Shown piece after piece: positions 9,064-18,874 of a stretch of DNA of 27,023 bases (positions within the stretch are counted from its first letter, which is position 1; every line of letters starts with the position of its first letter). This DNA is from Candidatus Hodarchaeota archaeon. GTDB taxonomy: Archaea > Asgardarchaeota > Lokiarchaeia > Sigyniarchaeales > SOKP01. The stretch covers positions 1 through 27,023 of the forward strand of contig JBHLJY010000028.1 of NCBI GenBank assembly GCA_048887225.1, written 5' to 3'. The position numbers and the translations under genes are program-made. The notes below the pieces were generated by a model that did not search any database, was not told where the DNA came from, and saw nothing but the letters and a program-made list of their open reading frames with translations.

Positions 9064-10308
9064 TTATTCTAATTTGAATATCTTATCGTTTTTTTTTACA
9101 GGTTTTTCGACAATTATTCCTAAGGTGATTCTATTTGTTTTATTTGACACACGGGGCGTTTCTGTTAAATTCTTTTTCTGTTTAATTTGAATTGAAGTAA
9201 TTCTTTGTCTCAGATATGTATCTGTAGAAGTTCCAAGTATATATATCTCATCATTGAGCTTTAATTTTCCTGACGTTAAAAGAATTTTCGCAGCTTTCTT
9301 TTCAGGGTAATATGATAAAACTTTTCCAATTTCAATTTTTCTATATTTAGAAACGTTTCCTTCAAGATCTCTCTCTATCTCGCTTCCTTTCGGTAAGCCA
9401 AAATAAAAACCTGTTGAAAAACCTTTATTATAAACTTTATTTAAGCGTTTAAGCCATTCCTGAACTTTTTCTTTAGTAAAAGCATTATTATAATGCGCAT
9501 CAATTGCTTCACGATAGCAAGATGTAACTTCTTCAATGTAGATAGGGTCTCTCATGCGCCCTTCAATTTTAAAAGCATCGATCTTTGCTTCAATTAATTT
9601 AGGGATATATTCAATCATGCAAAGATCTTTAGCGCTAATAAAAAAAACGCCATCATAAAGAAACTCGTTTTCCTGATCATCATACACTCTCCATTGTCTC
9701 CTGCATGGTTGGACACATTTTCCTCTATTCGCTGAATAATCCTGGGATCCACATATTTCTGCTGAAAAATAGCATCGGCCTGAAATTGAAGTACACTGTG
9801 CTCCATGGGCAAAAATCTCGATTTCACTTTTCTTTAATTTACTTTTAATTTCTTTAATTTGTTCTAGCGATAATTCTCTCGCAAGAATTAACCTTTTTGC
9901 GCCAAGTGATTCATAAAACTGAGCTGAATGCGAATTAGATATATTAGCTTGTGTTGAAATATGAAAATCTAACCCTTTTTCTTTAGCCATCGCGATTGCT
10001 CCGATGTCGTGCACAATTATCCCATCAATCTCACACACAACAGCTTCATTCATAATTTTTTCTAATAAAGAAAATTCATTTTCATAAATTATTACGTTTG
10101 TTGTAAGATAAGAACTTATACCATTATCGTGGCAAATTTTCACAATTTTTGGTAATTCCTCCAGTTTAAAATTATCGGCATACATACGCATATTAAGAGA
10201 TTCTACACCAAAATATACCGCATCAGCTTTGTCTAAAATAGCGTTTAGCGATTTATAGTTTTTTAAAGGTGCCATCAATTCTACTTTTTTATCAGTTTTT
10301 TCAGCCAT
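9064..10308 (-). CDS. Peptidase U32 family protein (TrhP/RlhA-like Fe-S protein, likely RNA hydroxylation)
   Basis: 'ELMAP', 'HISTQAN', 'ILARELS', Cys cluster 'CTSISGRC...NRGKCVQPCR', 'KDLC', 'KIEGRMR'. Confidence 0.92.
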   Translation of the reverse strand: MAEKTDKKVELMAPLKNYKSLNAILDKADAVYFGVESLNMRMYADNFKLEELPKIVKICHDNGISSYLTTNVIIYENEFSLLEKIMNEAVVCEIDGIIVHDIGAIAMAKEKGLDFHISTQANISNSHSAQFYESLGAKRLILARELSLEQIKEIKSKLKKSEIEIFAHGAQCTSISGRCYFSAEICGSQDYSANRGKCVQPCRRQWRVYDDQENEFLYDGVFFISAKDLCMIEYIPKLIEAKIDAFKIEGRMRDPIYIEEVTSCYREAIDAHYNNAFTKEKVQEWLKRLNKVYNKGFSTGFYFGLPKGSEIERDLEGNVSKYRKIEIGKVLSYYPEKKAAKILLTSGKLKLNDEIYILGTSTDTYLRQRITSIQIKQKKNLTETPRVSNKTNRITLGIIVEKPVKKNDKIFKLE

Positions 10309-10500
10309 TTTTTAGCAAAAATTCTCTCAAGTTTGTGTTTTTCTTGTTAAGAAAATTAATCTTACCCTATAAATAATAAATATAGAATAAATAAAAAAAA
10401 TGAGTTTAATAAAAACATATTTATAATAAATGAATGCTCTTAATATTCTCAACAAAAAGAAAGAAAATTGAAAAAAAAAGAAAAAAAAGAAATGATAAAT

Positions 10501-10626
10501 ATGGGAAGACAGACTCGTGTAAAAAGTCATAAGAGGAGTGCGCACACAAGGAAAATATCTCCAACGAAAACTACTCGCGTAAAAAAAACACGCGTGAAAT
10601 CACATAAACGAAAGAAACCGAAATAA
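10501..10626 (+). CDS. 41-aa highly basic repeat microprotein
   Basis: MGRQTRVKSHKRSAHTRKISPTKTTRVKKTRVKSHKRKKPK*. It forms a GC-richer island in an AT-rich spacer, and the repeats use different synonymous codons. Confidence 0.7.
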   Translation: MGRQTRVKSHKRSAHTRKISPTKTTRVKKTRVKSHKRKKPK

Positions 10627-10646
10627 GACATAAAAAAAAAATTATT

Positions 10647-13310
10647 TTAAATTTTAGACTTTTGGAAAATTTTGCTTTTTTTAATTAAAATCACTGATAC
10701 AATGGCAAAAATGCCAACTAAAACCAATAAATTATATCCTGGAATTATAACTTCGTCATCATCATCGTCATCGTCATCTTCACCATCACCACCACCCCCA
10801 TCAATCACATTTATGCTCAGAAAAATGTTAAAATAATTATCCCTAAAGGGACTGATAATTACGGTTACTTGCTGTTCATGAGTTCCAATGGTAATCGTTA
10901 AGTTTAAAAATCCCCGATATGCATTAAAGGAGGCAACTCCTTTATTATTCGTTGATTCTATGCCGCTGATGCTTATATTCCTTAGATCAAAGAACTCTGG
11001 ATATGCATCAACTGCTACTTTAGAATGACCAGTTCTATTGAACCAAGCAAAAGTTTCCCAAATTGTTACATTTTTCAATTTGGAGTCTACAAATGTTTCA
11101 ATCCAGTTATAATATTCCGGACTAAAATAGTACATCCCATCCACATTAGGAGTTTGATACATCCATTCAAGCTGGTGTTTAACCCAAGCTTTCTGCCCCT
11201 CTGGATCTTGAGGAAATTCTGTAATATTTTTGGTCCATGTCGGGAAAACAAAAGTACCGGTATTATTGCTTCCGTAGGAAGTTTCCGGAATAACGATATG
11301 ATCCGAGCCCGGCAATTCGCTGGTTGATAAAATCCTTAAAGTTTCTAAAAAACAATTTTCTGCGAGATCTCCTCCCCAAGCTGGATGATATGAAAGGCCT
11401 ATAATATCATAATCCACCCCGTAATCTTTCATTGCGGTATAAAAAGCTAATGCAAAAGCAGGATCTGATAGCGCAATATGAAGCATAAATTCTGCCGTCG
11501 GATCTGCTCTTCTGACGCCTTCTATGCATGCTTTTATAATTCTTGATTCATTATACCATGTATTCTCTCTTAACCAAGTGAGATTATAGGTCGGATCTTG
11601 AGACCTATTTGCAAATGTTCCGCATAAGCCAAAATCAATTTCATTTCCAATCTCATAATATTCCATACTAATTCCTTCATTGATAAAATGCTGTGTTACA
11701 TTCTCACTATATTCCGTTATTTCATCGAGGAGCTCTTCAAAGGTTAAACCTTTGAATCTCTCAGGCAATGGTGCTTTATTAACATCTGCCCAAGTATCAC
11801 TCAGAAATATTACCAGATATGGAATACTACCATTTCCTTGGGCCCACTTCGCCATTTTCGTAGCGTTACCTAAAGAATTTATACCATTTTCATTCGTCCA
11901 AAGCCGTGTTCTGAAGCTATTCGAATGTCTTTTTCCAAAAAACTCGAATAGGTCGATTTGCGCACCATTGTGATACCATTTATTACCATATTCTAACAAT
12001 TCAGCATAATAATTCGCGTCCAAACCCATAATTCTGCTAAGTACCTTTTGATCATAATCGATATTAACATTCGGAACAAGATCTCCATCCTTATCTAGAA
12101 TTTTAATCGTTGTCAGGTAATCTTTATTAAGAATTCTATTTATAGTAATTTTGCCTACTTTTGACCATTCTCCCGGACCACTTTCATTATGAGCCCTTAC
12201 TTTCCAATAAAATGTCCCATCCTCTGCAAACATGTGTGTATATTCGCTCTCATTAAGTTCCCATAATGGATACCTATGAAATGGAAGTCCGATAAAATAT
12301 GTGACATTTACATTTTCATTTGCAGGTTTCCAAAGAGGATATCTTTCGATTGAGGAGATTCTAACCTCATCAAAAGTAGCATTTATCCAATTACCCATTC
12401 CTAATTGTGAACCTAAGTAAAATCTATCCGCTAGAATAAAATCTCCAATTCTTCCTATGGGGAAATAAGGTGCAGCAGCTTCTTCTATTCCATCAAGATA
12501 TAATCTTGCTCTCTCCTCACCCCATGTGAGGCAAATGTGATGCCATTCTCCTGCTTTCCAATCCTGTACTCTTGAAGGCATAGCTGCATAATAAGTATCA
12601 TTAATTACTGAAAATGCATAAACTTTATGTGAGTTAGGGTCGACAAGGATGCTAAGTCGGGTCACATTAGGAACTGCAGTCATAACATAATCAAAGAAAA
12701 AACATAATTTAGTAGCATCAGATAAGTCTTCCTCTAATTTTACCCAAAATTCAATAGTACCTTTTTCTAGATTTAAATTATTTGTAATATTATAACTTAG
12801 AGCTGCCATATCACTTCCATTAACTAAAACCCCTTTTCCAAATTTACCTTCTGAATATGATAATCCACTTGCTATTAAAGGATCCTCATCTTCTTCTGAT
12901 TTCAGAGTATCATTAAAATGGGCTAAAAAAATAGTATAAGGTTCGTCTACCATTGTAGAATTTGACCAATCATTAATAGCAAATCGGGCTGCTTCTGGAG
13001 AATTAAAGTCAGTATCATTATCCATTACGAATTCATAAAAAATTTTGTCAGTAGGTTGCCCGATATCTGTCCAATCAAATTTTACTATATTGGATGTATC
13101 TGTGGATTCATTATCAGGAGATAATAATTGAGGGCTATCTGGAAGGTTATTCGCTAATTTTAAAAATGGCCTCTCAATATCGGTTATTAAAATTTTATCA
13201 TTGGAATTTAGATTATATTTGTCATTATTAAGATTAGCCTCAAAAATCACTATATTAATGAGTATAATACACAAAAATAAGCTTATTTTCAAAGTATTTA
13301 CCTTAACCAT
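10647..13310 (-). CDS. Cell-surface GH53-like endo-beta-1,4-galactanase with LamG domain and Loki-CTERM-like anchor
   Basis: Signal peptide. LamG motifs 'GTIEFWVK', 'WHHICLTW', 'LYLDG', 'FDEVRIS'. GH53 motifs 'SDTWAD', 'IGNEI', 'YDIIGLSYHP', 'PETSY', 'PEGQK'. Gly/Asp linker then IPGY-TM-KK. Confidence 0.8.
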   Translation of the reverse strand: MVKVNTLKISLFLCIILINIVIFEANLNNDKYNLNSNDKILITDIERPFLKLANNLPDSPQLLSPDNESTDTSNIVKFDWTDIGQPTDKIFYEFVMDNDTDFNSPEAARFAINDWSNSTMVDEPYTIFLAHFNDTLKSEEDEDPLIASGLSYSEGKFGKGVLVNGSDMAALSYNITNNLNLEKGTIEFWVKLEEDLSDATKLCFFFDYVMTAVPNVTRLSILVDPNSHKVYAFSVINDTYYAAMPSRVQDWKAGEWHHICLTWGEERARLYLDGIEEAAAPYFPIGRIGDFILADRFYLGSQLGMGNWINATFDEVRISSIERYPLWKPANENVNVTYFIGLPFHRYPLWELNESEYTHMFAEDGTFYWKVRAHNESGPGEWSKVGKITINRILNKDYLTTIKILDKDGDLVPNVNIDYDQKVLSRIMGLDANYYAELLEYGNKWYHNGAQIDLFEFFGKRHSNSFRTRLWTNENGINSLGNATKMAKWAQGNGSIPYLVIFLSDTWADVNKAPLPERFKGLTFEELLDEITEYSENVTQHFINEGISMEYYEIGNEIDFGLCGTFANRSQDPTYNLTWLRENTWYNESRIIKACIEGVRRADPTAEFMLHIALSDPAFALAFYTAMKDYGVDYDIIGLSYHPAWGGDLAENCFLETLRILSTSELPGSDHIVIPETSYGSNNTGTFVFPTWTKNITEFPQDPEGQKAWVKHQLEWMYQTPNVDGMYYFSPEYYNWIETFVDSKLKNVTIWETFAWFNRTGHSKVAVDAYPEFFDLRNISISGIESTNNKGVASFNAYRGFLNLTITIGTHEQQVTVIISPFRDNYFNIFLSINVIDGGGGDGEDDDDDDDDEVIIPGYNLLVLVGIFAIVSVILIKKSKIFQKSKI

Positions 13311-13530
13311 ATTATCCTCTAGGAAACAATATAACTATTTAAATTATTTTTGGAGACCAATTTTTAATTTTTATAAACAAAAAGAAAGAAAAATATTTAA
13401 ATAATTTAGGAGCCTTAATTCATTTTTTAAAATAGAATTTTGTTTATTACCCGCAGATGAGTAGATTTGATTATTGATTTTCTGGGGATCATAAACTATA
13501 ATTTTTGAGGATTCGAATTAATTAAGTGAA

Positions 13531-13558
13531 AACATATATCTTATTCTAGATTTTTATA
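13531..13558 (+). repeat. Possible degenerate copy of the 28-bp site
   Basis: AACATATATCT-TATTCT-AGATTTTTATA. Left arm is 10/11 identical to the left arm at 16808. Right arm keeps only AGAT. Confidence 0.25.
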
Positions 13559-13690
13559 TATTAAGAAGAAAGAATTGAAGAACTTCTTTCCAATACTGAT
13601 AAAATTATAAATATCTATTACCCAAATTTTTATTTATATTGAAACTTTTTTTCTTTTAGAAATAAAATATTTTTAAAAAAGGAATTCTCT

Positions 13691-14407
13691 ATGAATGAAA
13701 ATCTAAGGTTAGCAATAAAAAACTTTGCAGAAGGAAAATTTATATTAGTTTATGATATCGATGGTAGAGAAGAGGAAGTAGATTTAGTTTGTTTAGCCGA
13801 AAAAGTAACACCAAAACATATCTATCATTTACGTCATGATGCTGGAGGGTTAATTTGCATTGCTATGCATGCTAATATTGCGGAAAAATTAGGATTGCCT
13901 TTCATGTCAGAAATTTATTCAAATATTTTAGAGCAATTTTCAATTTTTAACCAAATAGCCCCCGATCTTGTCGCTCCATATGGAGATAAACCATCGTTTT
14001 CTGTAACTATTAATCATGTTGATACTTACACGGGTATCACGGATATTGAGCGTGCTTTAACAATTAGAGAATTTGGTTTACTTGGTACACAAGTTTTCCG
14101 AAATGGAGGAAGCATTGACAATTATCAGAATATTTTTGGTTCAAAATTTAGAGCTCCTGGTCATATACATTTATTAATCGCTGATAAAGATTTAGTAAAG
14201 GGAAGAGTAGGGCATACAGAATTAACTGTCACATTGGCATATATGGGAGGACTCTCTCCCGTCTCAGTTTTATGTGAAATGTTAGATGGGATGACTGGAA
14301 AGGCCCTTTCAATTTCTAAAGCAAAAGAATATGCAAAAAATTATAATTTAGTAATGATTGAAGGAAATGAAATCATAAAGGCCTATAGTAAATTTCTCGA
14401 AAGGTGA
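13691..14407 (+). CDS. ribB: 3,4-dihydroxy-2-butanone-4-phosphate synthase
   Basis: 'YDIDGREEEVD', 'DAGGLIC', 'SFSVTINH..TYTGITDIERALTI', 'FRAPGH', 'GHTE', 'CEML'. Confidence 0.95.
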   Translation: MNENLRLAIKNFAEGKFILVYDIDGREEEVDLVCLAEKVTPKHIYHLRHDAGGLICIAMHANIAEKLGLPFMSEIYSNILEQFSIFNQIAPDLVAPYGDKPSFSVTINHVDTYTGITDIERALTIREFGLLGTQVFRNGGSIDNYQNIFGSKFRAPGHIHLLIADKDLVKGRVGHTELTVTLAYMGGLSPVSVLCEMLDGMTGKALSISKAKEYAKNYNLVMIEGNEIIKAYSKFLER

Positions 14408-14411
14408 AAAA

Positions 14412-14885
14412 TTGAGCAAAATAAATGTTGGTATTGCAGATACTACATTTGCACGAGTTGATATGGGTGCAATGGTAATCGATGAAATTGAAAGCATAAC
14501 GAGTAAAATGAGATTAATTCGATATACTGTTCCAGGTATGAAAGATCTACCAGTTGCATGCAAGATTCTCTTTGATCAACATAATTGCGAAATGTGTATA
14601 GCACTTGGAATGCCAGGACCCGCTGAAAAAGATAAAGTATGTGCTCATGAAGCAAGTCAAGGTATAATAATGTGTCAATTAATGACTGGAAAACACATTA
14701 TTGAATGTTTTGTTCATGAAGACGAGGCGGAAACGCCAGAAGAATTAATTAAAGTATGTGATAATAGAGCGCGAGAACACGCTCAAAATGTTTTAAAATT
14801 ATTATTTGATAAAGAATGGCTCGAAAAAAATGCTGGAAAAGGATTAAGACAAGGATATCCAGATGCCGGGCCAATTAAACCATAA
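14412..14885 (+). CDS. ribC: Archaeal-type riboflavin synthase
   Basis: 'GIADTTFARVDMG', 'RYTVPGMKDLPVACK', 'FVHEDEA', 'AGKGLRQG'. Confidence 0.95.
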   Translation: MSKINVGIADTTFARVDMGAMVIDEIESITSKMRLIRYTVPGMKDLPVACKILFDQHNCEMCIALGMPGPAEKDKVCAHEASQGIIMCQLMTGKHIIECFVHEDEAETPEELIKVCDNRAREHAQNVLKLLFDKEWLEKNAGKGLRQGYPDAGPIKP

Positions 14886-14899
14886 AAAGGAAAAAAAAA

Positions 14900-15334
14900 A
14901 TGAGTGAAAATAAAATTAATATTGGTATAGTTGTTGGAGAATTTCATTATGACATTACTAAAAATATGCTCAACAAGGCTATTGAGCATGCTGAATTTCT
15001 AGGATGTAATGTATTAGAAGTTTTTAAAGTTCCAGGGAGTTTTGATATGCCTTTAGCAATAAAAACACTTCTTACCAAAGATAATATTGAAGGTATAGTA
15101 TGTTTAGGTGCTGTAATTAAGGGTGATACCGATCATGATCAAGTAGTTGCCCAACATGCAGCAAGAAAAATGGTAGATTTATCTTTAGAGTATGGTAAAC
15201 CTGTTGCTTTAGGTGTTTCAGGTCCAGGAATGACAAGAGTTGAAGCAGTAGAACGGATCGAAGATTTTGCTCGTCGTTCAGTAGAATGTGTCGTAAAAAT
15301 GGTAAAAAGGATAAAAATATCTAAGAATAAATGA
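14900..15334 (+). CDS. ribH: 6,7-dimethyl-8-ribityllumazine synthase
   Basis: 'IGIVVGEFHYDIT', 'VPGSFDMP', 'LGAVIKGDTDHD', 'KPVALGVSGPGM'. Confidence 0.95.
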   Translation: MSENKINIGIVVGEFHYDITKNMLNKAIEHAEFLGCNVLEVFKVPGSFDMPLAIKTLLTKDNIEGIVCLGAVIKGDTDHDQVVAQHAARKMVDLSLEYGKPVALGVSGPGMTRVEAVERIEDFARRSVECVVKMVKRIKISKNK

Positions 15335-15344
15335 GGTTATATTT

Positions 15345-16100
15345 TTGATTCAAATAACCTATATTCAAATTGATGATTTTGGACCCTTTACAGAGAGAAT
15401 GGGTAATAATCGAGAACATAAAATTCAAATACTACTATCTGAAATATTCATTTTCTTACAGAAGCATTTTAATCAGCACGAAGGTCTTGTATTTTCTGCT
15501 TCAAAAGATAATATGATTGCTGTCTCAAATGGAATTTCTATTGAAAAACACAGAGAAATAATTGATGAACTAGAAAAGAATTTCCCCATTACAATTAGTA
15601 TGGGAATTGGAGTAGGAAATACTCCGTTAGAAGCTCAAATTGATGCGTCGAAAGCTTTAAATTTACATGGAAGCGCTCAATCTTCAAGAAGGAAAGTGCT
15701 CGCATATAATGGACATGTATTGCCAGTTAAAAATCGAGTTAAAGTAGCTCATATTGATATAAATTTCTATACTAAGATAAATACAGATGTATCCCCCTTT
15801 TACTCTAATTTTATTAATTTGAATAAAAGCTATATAACATTAATGGAGAACTTTGAAAAAATAGGGGCATTATGTTTTTTCAATGGAGGAGATAATTTTA
15901 TTTGCATTTGCTCAAATTCAATGCTAACTCGAGAAATAGTAAATATAATAATGGAATTTGAATCTAAACACGATCCATGGAAATTAAAAGCCGGGATTGG
16001 TGAAGGACAAAATGTACTTGAAGCAATCGCTAAAGCAAATATTTGCTTGAAAAGAATAAGAGAAGGAAATAATAAAGAAAAAGTAATTGCTATTAATTAG
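15345..16100 (+). CDS. gch3: GTP cyclohydrolase IIa/III (ArfA)
   Basis: 'IQIDDFGPFT', 'DNMIAVSNG', 'AHIDIN', 'FFNGGDNF', 'LKAGIG'. Located in the riboflavin operon. Confidence 0.9.
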   Translation: MIQITYIQIDDFGPFTERMGNNREHKIQILLSEIFIFLQKHFNQHEGLVFSASKDNMIAVSNGISIEKHREIIDELEKNFPITISMGIGVGNTPLEAQIDASKALNLHGSAQSSRRKVLAYNGHVLPVKNRVKVAHIDINFYTKINTDVSPFYSNFINLNKSYITLMENFEKIGALCFFNGGDNFICICSNSMLTREIVNIIMEFESKHDPWKLKAGIGEGQNVLEAIAKANICLKRIREGNNKEKVIAIN

Positions 16101-16115
16101 ATAAATATTCTTTTT

Positions 16116-16796
16116 TTGATTTTCTTGAATAATTTTATTTTTATACCTATTGGTAGTTATGAACAACATGGACCTCATCTTCCACCTGATACAGATTATT
16201 TAATAGCGAAAAGTATTACTCAAAATATCTCTCCATTTTTTAAAGGTATGATTATTGAGAGAATAAAAATAGGGATATCACCCGAACACGAAGAATTTAA
16301 GAATACAAAATCAATTTCTCAAAAGGAATTTATTTCTCAAATTGAAGGAATAATTGAAAATTATCCAAATAATTATAAATTCATTATAATAAATGCTCAT
16401 GGTGGCAATATAGATACATTAAAATCAATTCAAAAATTAAACAAGAAAAAAATTTTAGTCTTAAATATATTTTCGTTAATTAAAAAAGATCTAGAAAAAA
16501 TAAGAACTTCTGATATCGGTGGGATTTGTCATGCGGGCGAATTTGAAACATCTATTATGTTATATCTTTATCCAGAAAAAGTTATCTTGAGTAGTTTAAA
16601 GAAAAGCGATATAAAATATATACCTGCATTAGATCCAAATTATAAAAAAAAAAAGCTAAGAAATTGGGAAACAATTAATTTAAGTAAATCGGGAATTTTA
16701 GGAGATCCTTATCACGCAACTCCTAAAAAAGGAGAAATATGGTTTAACACCTTAATCGAAAAAATTAAATATTGTATTGTAAAATTTCTCAATTAA
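16116..16796 (+). CDS. arfB: Creatininase-family amidohydrolase, likely FAPy deformylase ArfB
   Basis: 'PIGSYEQHGPHLPPDTD', 'GISPEH', 'INAHGGN', 'HAGEFETS', 'GILGDP'. Directly follows gch3. Confidence 0.8.
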   Translation: MIFLNNFIFIPIGSYEQHGPHLPPDTDYLIAKSITQNISPFFKGMIIERIKIGISPEHEEFKNTKSISQKEFISQIEGIIENYPNNYKFIIINAHGGNIDTLKSIQKLNKKKILVLNIFSLIKKDLEKIRTSDIGGICHAGEFETSIMLYLYPEKVILSSLKKSDIKYIPALDPNYKKKKLRNWETINLSKSGILGDPYHATPKKGEIWFNTLIEKIKYCIVKFLN

Positions 16797-16807
16797 TTTG
16801 TAAAATA

Positions 16808-16835
16808 ATCATATATCTGTTCTAAGATATAGGAT
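16808..16835 (+). repeat. 28-bp site 1 (spacer GTTCTA)
   Basis: ATCATATATCT-GTTCTA-AGATATAGGAT. Arms are 10/11 complementary. Lies between convergent genes. Confidence 0.8.
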
Positions 16836-16898
16836 GAAATGAATAAAAAAAATAGAAAAAAAAAATTAAATAGTTGTTATTTTCTTACTAAAATTTAA

Positions 16899-17222
16899 CT
16901 ATCCTGGCGGTACTTTTCCTAATGTAGCATATGCTTCTGCCAGAGTTGACCACACTTCAATTGAAGCTTCGAAGCCTTCAACAGGTGCATACATGACCAC
17001 TGCATTATTGGTACGTGTTAGTGCTTCCTCAAGTTTGCCCTCTTTTACCTCCGTAATACCTATGGTTTTTATACCATCTGTAGTAGCCTTTACGGCATTT
17101 GGCACAATATTCTCTCCAAGAGAATCATCTGGAGGATATTTTTTTGCTACTTCAATAGCTATTTTTATAATCTCAGGTATTTTGGCACTAGGCCAACATG
17201 TCCTTACAACAATATATGGCAT
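16899..17222 (-). CDS. Hypothetical protein (~107 aa)
   Basis: ATG 17222 preceded by AAGGAGAAGTGA. Globular alpha/beta composition. Confidence 0.75.
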   Translation of the reverse strand: MPYIVVRTCWPSAKIPEIIKIAIEVAKKYPPDDSLGENIVPNAVKATTDGIKTIGITEVKEGKLEEALTRTNNAVVMYAPVEGFEASIEVWSTLAEAYATLGKVPPG

Positions 17223-17381
17223 ATATTTCACTTCTCCTTATAAATTTTTATTTTTGATTGAATTTCATTTTTTTTATTAGATATTTCACCCATAAAATTA
17301 TGGATTAGGTAATAATTTGACAAATAAGTATTTAAATGTTTTACATTTTTGTAATGGGCGATTTAGAAAGAAACTCAAGAA

Positions 17382-17446
17382 ATTATCTATATAGTTCAAG
17401 AGATAAGATTCTCTAAGTTTACCTATTCAAAAAAGCCAAATTTCAA
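17382..17446 (+). repeat. 28-bp site 2 (17382-17409, spacer AGTTCA) plus conserved right flank
   Basis: ATTATCTATAT-AGTTCA-AGAGATAAGAT, then TCTCTAAGTTTACCTATTCAAAAAAGCCAAATTTCAA, which is shared with sites 4 and 7. Confidence 0.85.
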
Positions 17447-17521
17447 ATCATTTCAAATTTACCAAAGATTTTTAATACTTTATAATAATAAATTTTAGTA
17501 TAATTATTTCAGCTAATAGAA

Positions 17522-18088
17522 ATGAGCGAAGCTAAATATAAACATAGATATTATTATAAAGAGTCTTATGAAGCCGCTATTGGGACATTTGCTGTTGCCA
17601 TAGTTTTTATTTTTGTTGCAGTTTTATCATTATTTTTTAGAGCTTTTGAAATTGATTTTATAGGACTTGCTGGGTGGGGATTTTGGCTTTTCATTCCTGC
17701 ATTTTTTATTTTCATTGGTGGCTTTGAACAGCTTCATAGGAATTATAAATATAAGAAGATAGTAAAGAACGCAGTAGCCACAAGAAACTTTCAAGGTACC
17801 TATAAACTTGAACATATTGCATTGGAAATTGGTATGAAACCCTCAGTATTACTTCGAGTGTTATTGGATCTAAGAAATAAAGGAGTAATTAAGTATAGAT
17901 TTGATGCTGAGACAGGACAAATAATCTTAGGTCAGCCGATAACATATACCCCCGCAACTGAGTACATCTCACCACCTAAAAAATTGGATGCTCCCTTACC
18001 AACAGAGGGAAAAAATTACTGTGTCTATTGTGGTCATAAATTAGAAACAACTGCAAACTTCTGTCCTAATTGTGGATCTAATCTTTAG
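17522..18088 (+). CDS. Membrane protein with two TMs, a winged-helix-like region and a C-terminal zinc ribbon
   Basis: Two hydrophobic helices, 'LEHIALEIGMKPSVLLRVLLDLRNKGVI' and 'CVYCG...CPNCG'. Confidence 0.75.
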   Translation: MSEAKYKHRYYYKESYEAAIGTFAVAIVFIFVAVLSLFFRAFEIDFIGLAGWGFWLFIPAFFIFIGGFEQLHRNYKYKKIVKNAVATRNFQGTYKLEHIALEIGMKPSVLLRVLLDLRNKGVIKYRFDAETGQIILGQPITYTPATEYISPPKKLDAPLPTEGKNYCVYCGHKLETTANFCPNCGSNL

Positions 18089-18128
18089 AATTTTTTAAAT
18101 TTTTTTTTTTGATAATTTTTGGTTGAAT

Positions 18129-18830
18129 TTATTTTGATTTAAATTCTTTATGTAATTTTTTTCTTCTAAGTTCTTTAATGAATCGTGGTACATCGCCATA
18201 ACCTTCGGAGTAGCCCTTCCAGATTAAAACCAGATAAATTATAATAAAAGGAATCCATAATGGCCAGAAATTGATATTCAACCAAGTTGTAATTACAAGG
18301 TGGAGTAAATATTGGAACAGATTTACTGGTGTCCCTATTAAATGGGTAATTGCGCGTTTATTAAAACTCGATTGAAGATACGAAGAATATTCAATGTCCC
18401 ATGTTAGCTGAAGTCTGTAAATTCCCCATCCATTAAATTTAATTTTGCAGATATGTGCGACAATAATATGAGATAATTCATGTGGACCTTCCATTATGAG
18501 AAAGATAAATGCCATCCATAATATAATTCCAATCCAATAAGCAGAATCAGTTGTATTTAATTGTGTAGTTCTACTAAAAATAAAGAAATTGAACCACCAA
18601 ATCCATGCGATGATACCTGTGAAAAAAGTTATTAATCCTAGTAAGATACCGCTTTTAACAGAATATAATTCCCAAGGAACATTTTTTGCTTTTATTACTC
18701 CAAATTTATCTGCGATTTCTTTAGGTACATGCTCGTAATTTATCTTAACATAGTTAACTAATTTCCAAAATTCTTTTTTTTCAGCCGTAGTTAATCTTTT
18801 TTTTTTTAAGAAATTGTCTAATAACTCCAT
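18129..18830 (-). CDS. Putative membrane zinc metalloprotease (M50/site-2-like)
   Basis: HEXXH ('HELSH') after a TM helix, 'IGTPVNL' and a distal Asp in 'GYGD'. Confidence 0.55.
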   Translation of the reverse strand: MELLDNFLKKKRLTTAEKKEFWKLVNYVKINYEHVPKEIADKFGVIKAKNVPWELYSVKSGILLGLITFFTGIIAWIWWFNFFIFSRTTQLNTTDSAYWIGIILWMAFIFLIMEGPHELSHIIVAHICKIKFNGWGIYRLQLTWDIEYSSYLQSSFNKRAITHLIGTPVNLFQYLLHLVITTWLNINFWPLWIPFIIIYLVLIWKGYSEGYGDVPRFIKELRRKKLHKEFKSK

Positions 18831-18874
18831 ATTTATTTTAAAGAATGATTTAAATCTATTTTTTAAATTTTATT

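Noticed and set aside
10750-10803. TCA/TCG/CCA trinucleotide repeats
   Set aside because: Explained as the Gly/Asp linker before the C-terminal sorting signal.
13311-13690. FMN riboswitch upstream of ribB
   Set aside because: No RFN conserved segments were recognised and the region is too AT-rich for the fold.
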